Positions 40,385 to 52,791 of a stretch of 64,000 nt of DNA are shown one piece after another. The notes beneath the pieces were generated by a model, which had not been told where the DNA came from, searched no databases, and was given only the letters and a program-made list of their open reading frames with translations. Where the stretch lies: positions 153,760,001 through 153,824,000 of the forward strand of contig OX597817.1 in assembly GCA_951406725.2 (NCBI GenBank). Reading direction: 5' to 3'. Origin of the DNA: Octopus vulgaris (lineage: Eukaryota). Both the position numbers and the translations under genes were made by a program. Each line of letters starts with the position of its first letter. The first letter of the stretch is position 1.

Positions 40385-40575
40385 AATCCAAACAAGAAAA
40401 CACAAAAAAAACACAACAACGCGAGGACGTGGAACAAATAAAGTATTATTGGACGCTCAAGAAAGAAGGAAAAAAGGAGGGTTTAACGTTTCGAGCGGAG
40501 CTCTTCGTCGGGAGCATAAGAGAAGGAAAGATCCGGAGAAGAGAAGACAGGGGGAAAAAATCGCGGTCACATTTT
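40385..40575. mobile_element. Penelope-like terminal repeat fragment with hammerhead-like motif
   Basis: acgtttcgagcggagctcttcgtcgg motif resembles PLE repeats; related fragment at 12575-12680 on the other strand. Confidence 0.45.
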
Positions 40576-40615
40576 GAATGCTGTATATATACCTATACAC
40601 GTCTGTATATATTTG

Positions 40616-40708
<93 letters not shown>

Positions 40709-41358
40709 TCTGTTTGACTGTATGACCATCTACCCATTCCCTGCTTGTCCGTCTGTCTACCTGTCCGTTTTCTGACTGTCCGAATTTTGTCTATCTGCCT
40801 AAATGGCTGTTTGTCTGCCAGCCTATCAGTCGGTCCGCCTGTCTGCCTGTCTGTGTCTGTCTATCAATCTGTCTGTCTCTGTTTCTATCCGATTGTGTGT
40901 GAACTGAAACGACCCAGTAAAATAATGATTTCTCACATTGTTCCAAGGTCACATATTTGCAGTGTGGAGATAAACAGTATTGAATCAACTCTTAATATGA
41001 TATTAGTGATATATTTTATCCAAACTTGTGATGTATGAAAAGATGTAATGTGATACATTAATATTTGAACTAAATACTGCATATTGTTTGGCGTAGTGGG
41101 CATGGCAATGGTTAAGAAGTTCGCTCTGAAAACACATGCTTCCATGTTCCTTAAACCTAACCCCAACCCTCACCCTTCTGACAAAAACCTCAATTCAATC
41201 TAAACTTTGTGAATTAATATAAAAAAATGATAGTGTAGAGGAGGGGACGACAAAATAACATACCGAAAACAGGAAAACACACGCAATAGACGCAGACATG
41301 CTCCATCCTTCATCAATTATCGACCAAATGTCAACACAGTTTCGACGGCTGCTAAAGC

Positions 41359-41432
41359 AGTGGTTCCCAACATGGGATCCACAGATCCCTGGTGGTCTGC
41401 AAAAGCTGTATTGGGGGTCCGTGAACTAAATT
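41359..41432. mobile_element. hAT-type MITE left-end fragment
   Basis: cagtggttcccaac...gggggtccgtgaac, similar to the 443 element. Confidence 0.55.
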
Positions 41433-41436
41433 CAAA

Positions 41437-41497
<61 letters not shown>

Positions 41498-41783
41498 GGG
41501 TACAGGACGTCCCTAACTGTGTAAAGAACATGAAATACATAAACAAATGTGTTAAATACGCAAACAAGAGAAAAAAAAATGGAAAACTTGACAAATAAAC
41601 ACATAGAAACAACCCTTCATCAGTTGTCAACTGTCTATTTACGGCTCATTTCAAGCATTCAACGACAATATGAGTCTTCAAAGACAGCTGCTCCCATAAA
41701 TTCTAAAATACAACTTAGGATTTATGGAGGGTCAAAGTTAGGAACAAAAATAGAACAGTGGAGACATAAAAGGAAACTGAACG

Positions 41784-41823
<40 letters not shown>

Positions 41824-42208
41824 ACCCATACATAAACGAAACTGCTGCAGTGAAGCTTGTCGAATGGACTATCCTAGTAATTCAAAAAGTTAACTTTATC
41901 ACATACACTATCGTCTCTTATCGTATCTCACCTTTTACTTGTTTCTATCTCTGGACTGTAAAGATTTAGCCGAAAAAATTCGATCCTAATAATTAATTTT
42001 TTGATACACACACAGACACACTATATGCGTATATATTTGTGTATATATGTATCTGTGTATGTGTGTGCGTATTTTGTGGAACAAACAGGATAAACAGAAC
42101 TCACTACATAAGTAATTATTTTCTTTCATTTTTAATCGGTTTTATAAAAGTGATTCAAGACCCGAGAGCATCTTGCATAGTACTTTGATAAGAACTAAGC
42201 ACGATATA

Positions 42209-42622
42209 GGCGCAGGAGTGGCTGTGTGGTAAGTAGCTTGCTTACCAACAACATGGTTCCGGGTTCAGTCCCACTGCGTGGCATCTTGGGCAAGTGTCTT
42301 CTGCTATAGCCCCGGGCTGACCAATGCCTTGTGAGTGGATTTGGTAGACGGAAACTGAAAGAAGCCTGTCGTATATATGTATATATATATATATGTGTGT
42401 GTATGTCTGTGTTTGTCCCCCTAGCATTGCTTGACAACCGATGCTGGTGTGTTTACGTCCCCGTCACTTAGCGGTTTGGTAAAACAGACCGATAGAATAA
42501 GTACTGGGCTTACAAAGAACAAGTCCTCGGGTCGAGTTCCTCGATTAAAGGCGGTGCTCCAGCATGGCCGCAGTCAAATGACTGAAACAAGTTAAAGAAT
42601 AAAAGAATAAAAGAATAAAAGA
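42209..42622 (+). mobile_element. SINE family A, full length
   Basis: Family match, (aaagaat)n tail. Confidence 0.9.
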
Positions 42623-42899
42623 ACATCCATGTATACACACACACGCATACACACACACACACACAACATTGGGAAATAGATATGTTTAAACACTGACAAA
42701 TAGACTACTAAATTCTCAGGCATCATCTATCAATGGAAATCATATTCATAATTTAAGTAAACTAGGAACGTAACTAGTATACTCCTCGCATTGCTCCTAA
42801 TTTCTGAGAAAATCTATGAGCAAGATGAATGGAACACATACATTGCAATCTATTTGATCCACTGAACGTCCTTAAAATGCCTCCTCCCGAAAAATAAGG

Positions 42900-42981
<82 letters not shown>

Positions 42982-43247
42982 GACCGAACTGCTATCGTTT
43001 TCTTTTCCTCTTCCCCCTTTTTTCCTCTTTTTTCTTCTTTTTTCATTTTTCTTATCCTTTGTACCTTTTCCCTTTTTTCTTTTTTTCTTTTCCTTTTTTT
43101 TGTTCTTTTTTCCCTTTTACGATCCCTTTTGATCGAAAGCCTACGCCACCCTATTTTTTGTTGGTTTTTTTTTCATCCCCCAAAAGAAAAGCTCTACCTT
43201 GTAACTTGTCCCATCTGTGTGCAGCCCTGTGTGGCCAATAAAGAAAC

Positions 43248-43324
<77 letters not shown>

Positions 43325-43586
43325 CATCTGCTCGTCTATCTATCTATCTATCTTTTACACTTCATATTGACATTTCTGTGATAACGATCCCTATTGATCA
43401 ATTTTTTTTTTTCCTCTCCCCCTTTTTTTAACCCCCTTTTTAGTCCTCTTTCTCTCCTTTTACGATCCCTTTTGATCGAAACTCCCCCTTCCTTTTTTTT
43501 TTTTTTTTTTTAAACCTTCAAAAGAAAAGCTCTACCTTGTAATTTGTTCTATCTGTGTGCAGCCCTGTGTGGCTAACAAAGAAACA
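42982..43586 (+). mobile_element. Two tandem retroelement 3'UTR-like fragments embedded in (TCTA)n arrays
   Basis: tttacgatcccttttgatcgaa...aaaagaaaagctctaccttgtaa..tgt...atctgtgtgcagccctgtgtggc.aa.aaagaaa occurs twice, each followed by (TCTA)n. Confidence 0.65.
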
Positions 43587-43632
<46 letters not shown>

Positions 43633-43689
43633 CCCTTCTGTCTGTTTGTTTGTCTGTCTGATGTCTCCTTCTCCCTCTCCCTCTCTCCA

Positions 43690-43745
<56 letters not shown>

Positions 43746-43888
43746 AACCTATCTATTTGTGTTTGTGTATGTGAGTGTAAGTATAATTTGACATACGTGT
43801 ATGTATGACAGTGAATGCTTGCATACATAGACGTACGAAAGCACAGACTTATGTTTTATACATATATATACATACATACATACATACA

Positions 43889-43947
<59 letters not shown>

Positions 43948-44300
43948 TGTATATACGTATGTATATGTGTATACATATATATGTATGTGTTTATCTGTAT
44001 GTGTGTATTTGAGTATACATGGGTGTTTGCGCGCGCATGTGTGTATGTTCCAACGCATTCTCATAGGCTGAAATATGCACATACACATAGGTTTGCGTAC
44101 GTGGCTGTGCGTGCGCATGCGCTCGCACTTTTCCTTTAAACTCTAAACAATTGCTTACTGTAAAACCTTGAACCTTCAAGACGATTTATCTATAAACAAA
44201 AGGAAAAAAGGCAAGCTGAGCCGGGCAGGGAACACAATGTCAAATAACACTTGCAACAGGAAAAGGCGAAAATTATAAATCAAATAAAAAAAAAAAAATA

Positions 44301-44685
44301 TTTATATATAAAAGTGAAGTTGTGTGTCTGTCTCCTACGATTTAGATTCCTAACTACTCCCACATTCTGCGGTGCAGTTTAACCAAAACCGGGTATCTTA
44401 TAGTCGTGATTCATATCGAGCCCTTCTGGGTATTAGCGCGTGTCTACGATGAGTCTACGATTTAAAAAAAAATTTACCATCATTTTTTCCATTTTAATGC
44501 ATTTTTTTCGCTATTATATAAGGGAAGTAACTCTCTAAAAATGTCTACGATGAGTCAACGATTTAAAAAAAAATTTACCATCATTTTTTTTCCATTTTTA
44601 ATGCATTTTTTGGCTATAAATCTCTAAAAATGCTTATATAGTTATTTCCCTTACAAACCCGAGCAACGCCGGGCGATACTGCTAG
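44301..44685 (+). mobile_element. Non-autonomous Helitron (D1)
   Basis: Near-identical to 485-869; hairpin+CTAG|T end. Confidence 0.8.
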
Positions 44686-44754
44686 TATAAATATAAAAAT
44701 CAAAGAATTAAGGAACGGTTTGAAACAATAAACTGAAAAATCTTCTTACAGTTG

Positions 44755-44769
44755 TGACTCAATGAGTCA
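44755..44769. promoter_or_regulatory. Paired inverted AP-1 sites TGACTCA-a-TGAGTCA
   Basis: Two perfect AP-1 heptamers 1 bp apart in unique sequence; ATGACGCA half-CRE ~75 bp downstream. Confidence 0.3.
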
Positions 44770-45046
44770 TTATGGTTTCTGTGAAAGAATGGGGCCCTGG
44801 AGGAAAGCATGTAAAATATAACAGCTTTGTTGTCTCTACAACCATGACGCACCCCAAACTTGAGTTCTGAGACAATAGATTTGGGTGAATCTACTGGTTC
44901 CCTTGTGTGTGTGTGTGTGTGTGTGTATTAATGATGACAGAAACGATGAAATTGTTTCTGTTCGCAAAGAAGACGGACAAGATGCTTCTGAATGTAAATC
45001 CATGTGATTATTCAATTGTGACGTTGAATAAAAAAAATTATAGTGC

Positions 45047-45262
<216 letters not shown>

Positions 45263-45467
45263 ATCTGCATGTATTGATGTATTTACACCGACACGTACAT
45301 ATATGTTTGTATCTGTACGATTGTATGTATATGTGTTACATACATAGAGGGACACATATAAACATCTACAACACATACAATATACACAGGATCTAATTAG
45401 TTTCATTCGCAAAACGAGTCCACTTTAAGTTTGCTCAGATTGCTTTCAATTTTGGTGTATCGATGCA

Positions 45468-45613
45468 GTGGTAAGTAGCTTGCTTACCAACCACATGGTT
45501 CCGGGTTCAGTCCCACTGCGTGGCATCTTGGGCATGTGTCTTCTGCTATAGCTCCGGGCTGACCAATGCCTTGTGAGTGGATTTGGTAGACGGAAGCTGA
45601 AAGAAGCCTGTCG

Positions 45614-45670
<57 letters not shown>

Positions 45671-45860
45671 TTGTGTGTCTGTGTTTGTCCTCCTAGCAAT
45701 GCTTGACAACCGATGCTGGTGTGTTTACGTCCCCGTCACCTAGCGGTTCGGCAAAAGAGACCGATAGAATAAGTACTGGGCTTACAAAAAATATGCCCCG
45801 GGGTCGGTTTGCTCGACTAAAGGCGGTGCTCCAGCATGGCCGCAGTCAAATGACTGAAAC
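45468..45860 (+). mobile_element. SINE family A
   Basis: Family match. Confidence 0.9.
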
Positions 45861-46373
45861 ACACACACATGCACTTAAACATTAATGATGTACACAAATA
45901 CATGACAGGTATACATAATACTGAAATACGCATAAAGTAAACACATGCAGACAAATATATTAATAAAACAAATTTTTAAAATTATAAAGACACGCAATCA
46001 ATGAAGAGACAAAAGAAGCAGTAAGATGATTCATGTTGATTTTATTTAGAAACGTACAATGAACAGGTGATTTCAGAGACGCTAAACTATAAAGTTCACA
46101 GAAAACGCCGGTTATTTTCCGTATCGCTATTGGCTAAAAATACAGTTTTTTTTTTCGATTTTTAAACTTCTGTAACTTATTCCTCCAATTTTATACTCCT
46201 CAACATCATACCTTTTGGGCAATAAGCCTAGAAAACTACATTAATATAGCCGATTTTCAGATTTTTTAAATTCCTTTTAAAAAAATGTATATTTTGTGAA
46301 TCAGTTTAACTAGATCCTATACACACGTATGACATATACCTACAGGAGCAGAAATCCTCAAGATGGAGGAGAA

Positions 46374-46406
<33 letters not shown>

Positions 46407-46407
46407 C

Positions 46408-46438
<31 letters not shown>

Positions 46439-46827
46439 ACCGTAATGAATGCATTATAATATTTAGATATGTCTCCCTCTGTATTACAAGTTCTAGTCCT
46501 GTCTGAATCATCTTGATTTTTTATACCACGTTTTAGTTTTAATAAAATAAACACCAGCAACATTCCATGACGGTCGATGCAGTCAACCATAACTCTTTAA
46601 TTAATAGAAATCTTTTTGGGATCTTATCTGAAGAACAGCGTATATATTGTGTTGAATCAAAAGTATTGCAATAGTTTGGTAACTTTATTTACTTTATTTA
46701 TCAAGTTTACAAAAAAAGCGTCGCTTCATTAAGCGTGTTGTTTGTTTCAGCTATTTGCGTTTTGAGCTAGAATCTCACCATGGCCTATTTGGTTTTTCAA
46801 ACTCAGATCATCGCGTGGTTTAGTATT

Positions 46828-47242
46828 TTATTTCTTTACTGCCCACAAGGGGCTAAACACAGAGGGGACAAACAAGGACAGACATAGGTATTAAGTCGAT
46901 TACATCGACCCCAGTGCGTAACTGGTACTTAATTTATCGACCCCGAAAGGATGAAAGGCAAAGTTGACCTCGGCGGAATTTGAACTCAGAACATAACGAC
47001 AGACGAAACACCTATTTCTTTACTACCCACAAAGGGCTAAACACAGAGCGGACAAACAAGGACAGACATAGGTATTAAGTCGATTACGTCGATCCCAGTG
47101 CGTAACTGGTACTTAATTTATCGACCCCGAAAGGATGAAAGGCAAAGTTGACCTCGACGGAATTTGAACTCAGAACGTAACGGCAGACGAAATACCGCTA
47201 AGCACTTCGCCCGGCGCGCTAACGTGTCTGCCAGCTCGCCGC
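46828..47242 (-). mobile_element. SINE family C dimer inside one TSD
   Basis: Two units; TSD cgtggtttagtatt at 46814 and 47243. Confidence 0.9.
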
Positions 47243-47759
47243 CGTGGTTTAGTATTACCTGATCGTTGGGTACCTACAGTGCAATTACTGACATTCGGAC
47301 CAAATCCCAGGTAGCATTTACCGTTCACCATTAATTTCAGAGACCCTGTAAAGGCTCGAGTACTAACCCTTCCTTCCTGTCAAAAAAAAAAAAAAAAACC
47401 AGAACTGTGTCTTGACTTCCATCCAACAAATAATGATAATTTTTTATGCGTCAATATATCAAAAATATCTTATCTTTATATGAGTTGCTGTAGATAATAT
47501 TTACCAAGAGACGTGTTGACTACTGCTTTTTCTGGGGGCGTCGTACAACGTATAGGAGCTCATAGTAATTAATGGGTTAATGTTTATTCGGGATCCTGGT
47601 CGGAGAAAAAAATTTAGGAAGAATGAGAGGGTCAGATTTGTGTTTATTAGAAGAAAAGATGGGGCAAATGCAATCAAGCGAGGCTGGTTTGGGGATAAAT
47701 AAACAGTAGCAGTGGGAAGATGGAGACAAAAAGAGTGTGTGAGAGAGAGAGAGGGGGGA

Positions 47760-47764
47760 GGGAT

Positions 47765-47803
<39 letters not shown>

Positions 47804-47878
47804 CGGAGACAGACAGACAGACAAAGAGAGAAAGAGAGCGAAAGAGAACACGCACATATGTATATGTATGCATGTGTG

Positions 47879-47913
<35 letters not shown>

Positions 47914-47932
47914 ACTTAGATAGTTGAAAAGA

Positions 47933-47980
<48 letters not shown>

Positions 47981-48027
47981 AAGAGAGAAAGAGAGCGAGA
48001 GAGAACACACACATATGTATATGTATG

Positions 48028-48070
<43 letters not shown>

Positions 48071-48079
48071 AGATAGTTG

Positions 48080-48113
<34 letters not shown>
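47760..48113. repeat. Tandem duplication (~180 bp) of a compound GA/GACA/TG microsatellite block
   Basis: acaaagagagaaagagagcg...gtacttagatagttgaaaagagag occurs twice. Confidence 0.85.
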
Positions 48114-48116
<3 letters not shown>

Positions 48117-48936
48117 CTGCATCGAAATTTTTCGCCAGGGATAGAACTCTAGGTGAATAGACAGTCGAAGTAATAATAACAGTACTGGAATTAATAGAAT
48201 TAACAGAAACAGCGGCGGCAACAGTACAAGGTCACTATTAAAGAGATGGTGGTACTGGTGCTGGTGCTAATGAAGAGGATGGTGGAGGTGAAGAAGGGGG
48301 AAAAAAAGGGTATGTATGACGAAGAAGAAAGAGGATGAAGAGGAGATGACAAATAAGTGGTTACGCCTCTGGATAGTGTAATGTTCAGACAATTTTCCCA
48401 TACGATAACAGGGAGGAGAGCGAGGCGAGAAGGGGAGATAAATGGCTTTTTTTACTGTTACTTTTCTCGAAAGCTGTAAGCTCTATCTAACGTTTATGTT
48501 TTTGTTTTTGCATCTGTTCAGCTTGTCCCCAATTGAACAATAACCCTTAGCTGTTTGTTGTGACCTTCTACACAAGAACATAAACCACAGCTGTCAAGAA
48601 GACCACACTCATACAGCGCCCAACACCATCACCATCACCACCTACACCCAATAGACAGAACAAGGCTACATCCAATTGTTACTCGAAATTGTCAATAGTT
48701 TAACTTAACAATATTCTCTAATATTCAATTCAAAGACAACCGGAAAAAAAAGGAGGAGTTAAACCATAATTGAAATAACATTGACAAGAATTGTTTCTGC
48801 TACCTTTTTATCTTTGAAGGTTTTTCTCGATGCTCTCTTGTTTTGGGTTTTGTTGTTGCTGCTACTGATAATCATGTCAAGGATGATGATGATGATGATG
48901 ATGATGTTGATTGACTTGTCAAATAAATTTTCTTCA

Positions 48937-49361
48937 GGCGCAGGAGTGGCTGTGTGGTAAGTAGCTTGCTAACCAGCCACATGATTCCGGGTTCAGTCCC
49001 ACTGCGTGGCATCTTGGGCGAGTGTCTTCTGCTATAGCCCCGGGCCGACCAATGCCTTGTGAGTGGATTTGGTAGACTGAAACTGAAAGAAGTCTGTCGT
49101 ATATATGTGTGTATATATATATATATAAGTGTGTGTGTATGTGTTTGTGTGTCTGTGTTTGTCCCCCTAGCATTGCTTGACAACCGATGCTAGTGTGTTT
49201 ACGTCCCCGTTACTTAGCGGTTCGGCAAAAGACACCGATAGAATAAGTACTGGGCTTACAAAGAATAAGTCCCGGGGTCGATTTGCTCGACTAAAGGCGG
49301 TGCTCCAGCATGGCCGCAGTCAAATGACTGAAACAAGTAAAAGAGTAAAGAGTAAAGAGTA
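48937..49361 (+). mobile_element. SINE family A, full length
   Basis: Family match. Confidence 0.9.
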
Positions 49362-49422
49362 AATGAATAATTGTGAAGAACAATATCACTATTGTCCAAT
49401 TGTATGTCAAGGAAACTGGATG

Positions 49423-49640
49423 GAATCCCACCGACAAGGTTGGCGGCTACCATTTGGAAAAATAAGCAATCACCTGGTGCAGTGCTAAAATCAAGGGTAC
49501 TACAACTTACACACAATTTTCTAGAAATCTGAACAGAATCCCACCGACAAGGTCGGCGGCTACCATTTGGTAAGATAAGCGATGACCTGAGGCAACGCTA
49601 AAATCTGGGGTACCACAACCTGCACAAAATTTCTAAATAC
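49423..49640. repeat. Diverged ~114-bp tandem duplication of complex sequence
   Basis: gaatcccaccgacaaggt.ggcggctaccatttgg at ~49423 and ~49537. Confidence 0.85.
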
Positions 49641-49675
49641 ATTTAAGAACAAAATGTTAGAACTAAAGAAAGTGT

Positions 49676-50067
49676 GGAGGCGGAATGGCCCAGTGGTTAG
49701 GGCAGCGGACTCGCGGTCGTAGGATCACGGTTTCGATTCCCAGACCGGGCGTTGTGAGTGTTTATTGAGCGAAAACACATAAAAAAGCTCCACGAGGCTC
49801 CGGCAGGGGATGGTGGTGATCCCTGCTGTACTCTTTCACCACAACTTTCTCTCACTCTTACTTCCTGTTTCTGTTGTACCTGTATTTCAAGGGGCCGGCC
49901 TTGTCACTCTCTGTGTCACGCTGAATATCCCCGAGAACTTCGTTAAGGGTACACGTATCTGTGGAGTGCTCAGCCACTTACACGTTAATTTCACGAGCAG
50001 GCTGTTCCGTTGATCGGATCAACCGGAACCCTCGTCGTTGTAGCCGACGGAGTGCTTCCATCCATCC
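49676..50067 (+). mobile_element. SINE family B, full length
   Basis: TSD actaaagaaagtg; (tcca)n tail. Confidence 0.9.
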
Positions 50068-50227
50068 ACTAAAGAAAGTGGGTAAAGTCAATTCTGGAAC
50101 AACGGCAGATGAAAGATATGTGTAAGAGGGAAGGTTTCGGGACGGTAATGTCACATGACTTGACATGAAACATTTAAACATTTTCGTAATAAAGGGATTC
50201 ACTCAGTGGCGTATCAAGGTTTAGGAA

Positions 50228-50294
50228 ACTCTTTTATCTCTCTTTTACTTGGTTCAGTCATTTGACTGCGGCCATGCTGGAGCACCGCCTTTAG
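50228..50294 (-). mobile_element. SINE A / LINE 3' tail fragment
   Basis: ctaaaggcggtgctccagcatggccgcagtcaaatgactgaaccaagtaaaagag on - strand. Confidence 0.85.
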
Positions 50295-50303
50295 AAGCAC
50301 ATG

Positions 50304-50375
50304 TGGTCTCACTGAGACATGAACTCGGATCGCTGGATTCAAAGTCCAGAGTGCTAACCATTACACCATGAGACC
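50304..50375 (-). tRNA. tRNA-Gln (anticodon TTG), probably a pseudogene
   Basis: GGTCTCATGGTGTAATGGTTAGCACTCTGGACTTTGAATCCAGCGATCCGAGTTCATGTCTCAGTGAGACCA: perfect acceptor and anticodon stems, but T at conserved position A58, C50-A64 mismatch and no nearby TTTT terminator. Confidence 0.85.
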
Positions 50376-50681
50376 GACATTTTTTTATTACGAGTTAATT
50401 ATTCGAATACATTTTGAAGCTGGTGTAAAGGTAGCTGATAACTGGAGGATGATGTAGAAAAAAATTTGAAAAAGAGGATTTTAATTGAAGGACTGAGAGA
50501 AGGCGATGAACATTTTAGGGCTGGGAAACGGGCCGCTTATTGTAGGATTGACCAACGGCGCCGGCTACACTGGTACTGTTTATTGGTTGATACGACGCAA
50601 GTTTTTTAGGTTTAAACGATCCTGTACCGTGTTTCTTTATAACACTCATATCACATTTGTTTTCAATCTTTTCTTCTTTTA

Positions 50682-51073
50682 GGCACCGGAGTGGCTGTGT
50701 GGTATGTAGCTTGCTTACCAGCCACATGGTTCCGAGTTCATTCCTACTGCGTGGTACCTTGGGCAAGTATCTTCTACTATAGCCTCGGGCCAACCAAAGC
50801 CTTGTGAGTGGATTTGGTAGACGGAAACTGAAAGAAGCCTGTCGTTATATGTATGTGTGTGTATGTGTTTGTGTGTCTGTGTTTGTCCCCCCCCCCCCCG
50901 CCCAACATCGCTTGACAACCGATGATGGCGTGTTTACGTCCCCGTAAAAGAGACCGATATGATAAGTACTAGGCTTACAAAGAATAAGTCCTGGGGTCGA
51001 TTTGCTCGACTAAAGGCAGTGCTCCAGCATGGCCACAGTCAAATGACTGAAACATGTAAAAGAGTAAAAGAGT
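50682..51073 (+). mobile_element. SINE family A
   Basis: Family match with small internal deletion. Confidence 0.88.
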
Positions 51074-51814
51074 TACATAATTCAGAATAACTTTACACCC
51101 ATCCTAATAGAATTTGTCGAGCTTATATAATTTATCCTCTCCATTTGGATAACTGGTAGTGTTTTAATTTTCGATTATAGCATTTTATAGAGAATTTACA
51201 TCATTTTCTATCTCCGTATGTACAATTCACCATCTCTTTATTCTGCTCATAACTAGCACTTTATGTCTTTGCGCGCGCACACACAATGTACACATACACA
51301 CGCGCGCACTCGCACGCACGCACACACTCACATACACAGGTTGCAATTGTGTTCTTTTTCTTTTTTATAATCTAAGTCTTGTCAGTCAACATATGTATAT
51401 CTATTTCTGCTCATCTTCTTAACATTTAATTCATTTCATGGTGAAATTTCATCTCCAAGACTTCCTACAGTTATCGTGTGCATACAGTGAGAACCAGTAT
51501 GTTATCTCTTACGCAAACATCAAGAAATAACATCTATTTCAACGAAATTACATAATGTATTCCATTGATCAAATTTGTCTTGTCCATTATGCGTTAACAT
51601 CGAGTCACGACTGCTAACAGTTACCATATTAAAGTATCCATTCGAAGTCGTGTGCGGCTTATATTTTTTTGTCCAGGACCTCTATAATTCATCGAAGCAT
51701 GCTAACGTATGGGTTCACTGTTCTACCTCAACAACAACCATGAGAATACAAGAAATCTAATGAGGGCCTGCTTTTGCAATATTCGATTCTGAAAAAAAAA
51801 AAGTTAGATATATA

Positions 51815-52030
51815 GGTGCAGGCGTGGCCGTGTGGTAAGAAGTTTGCTTTCCAACCACATGGTTTCGGGTTCAGTCCCACTGCGTGGCACCTTGGGTAAG
51901 TGTCTTCTACTATAACCACGGGTTATTGTAGATTATTGTGGATTTAGTAGACGGAAACTGAAAGAAGCCTGTCGAGGAGTAGTTGTGTGGTAAAGTAGCT
52001 TGCTTACCAACCACATGATTCCGGGTTCAA
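51815..52030 (+). mobile_element. Two SINE A head fragments in tandem
   Basis: ggtgcaggcgtggccgtgtggtaag... followed by a second gtggtaaagtagcttgcttaccaaccac. Confidence 0.7.
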
Positions 52031-52679
52031 TCGATGAAAGAAGTCCTTTTGAGACCTGGATCGATCTAATTGCCTTATTCCCCAACCGAAATCCAACACA
52101 CGAAAATGTTTTGCCGACGCAGATGGCCTTATTTTCGATAGTCCTTTCCTCAAAAAGGACGAAAAGTAAAACCGACCTCAGCGGAATATGACCTCAGGCA
52201 TACAGCCCTAAGAAACTTCGCAACGCATTTTATCCGGCGTGCTAATGAATCTGCCTACTTTTGCCTTATTTTCAATAATAAGATGGTAGATTATAAGCGA
52301 TTGAATTCGACTTCGACTTTTGGCATCACACTTTTTATATAGCAACTACAAGCTGTCTTACCTCGATGCTAACGCATAGCCAAGAACAATTTGCTCAATG
52401 AAATACGTTATGTAAGTTCGTTGAAATAGATGTTATTTTTTTATTAACACAGAAACGTATCCCAGTCTACTGGAATTGAATGTAGATACTCATGCCACTC
52501 AAAAGATACTACATGTGTGTGTGTATGTGTGTGTGTGTGTGTGCGCACCTTATCGATGTTTATTTATGCACCAAGTAATTTAATCAAATTCTGTATTTAT
52601 ATGTAAATTTAAAAAAACACCTCAAAAGGCGAAAAAAACAACTTAAGAACTCATATCTTAAATTTTATTATTTTAACAG

Positions 52680-52710
52680 GCCCATCTCAGTTGGCACAGA
52701 AATGTAGCAG
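52680..52710 (+). CDS. Candidate 31-nt exon 2 (AHLSWHRNVA + G, phase 0 in / phase 1 out)
   Basis: Strong acceptor aattttattattttaacAG and donor CAG|GTATGT; open in the phase left by exon 1, extending the signal-peptide-like N-terminus. Confidence 0.45.
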
Positions 52711-52717
52711 GTATGTA

Positions 52718-52791
<74 letters not shown>

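Noticed and set aside
50442-50610. Frame LEDDVEKNLKKRILIEGLREGDEHFRAGKRAAY... resembling a neuropeptide precursor (KR...GKR)
   Set aside because: Two stops immediately upstream and no credible splice acceptor; probably chance
51471-51496. Alternative exon 2 (LSCAYSEN) that would also complete the signal peptide
   Set aside because: Weaker acceptor and donor than 52680-52710; kept only as a fallback to test with RNA-seq
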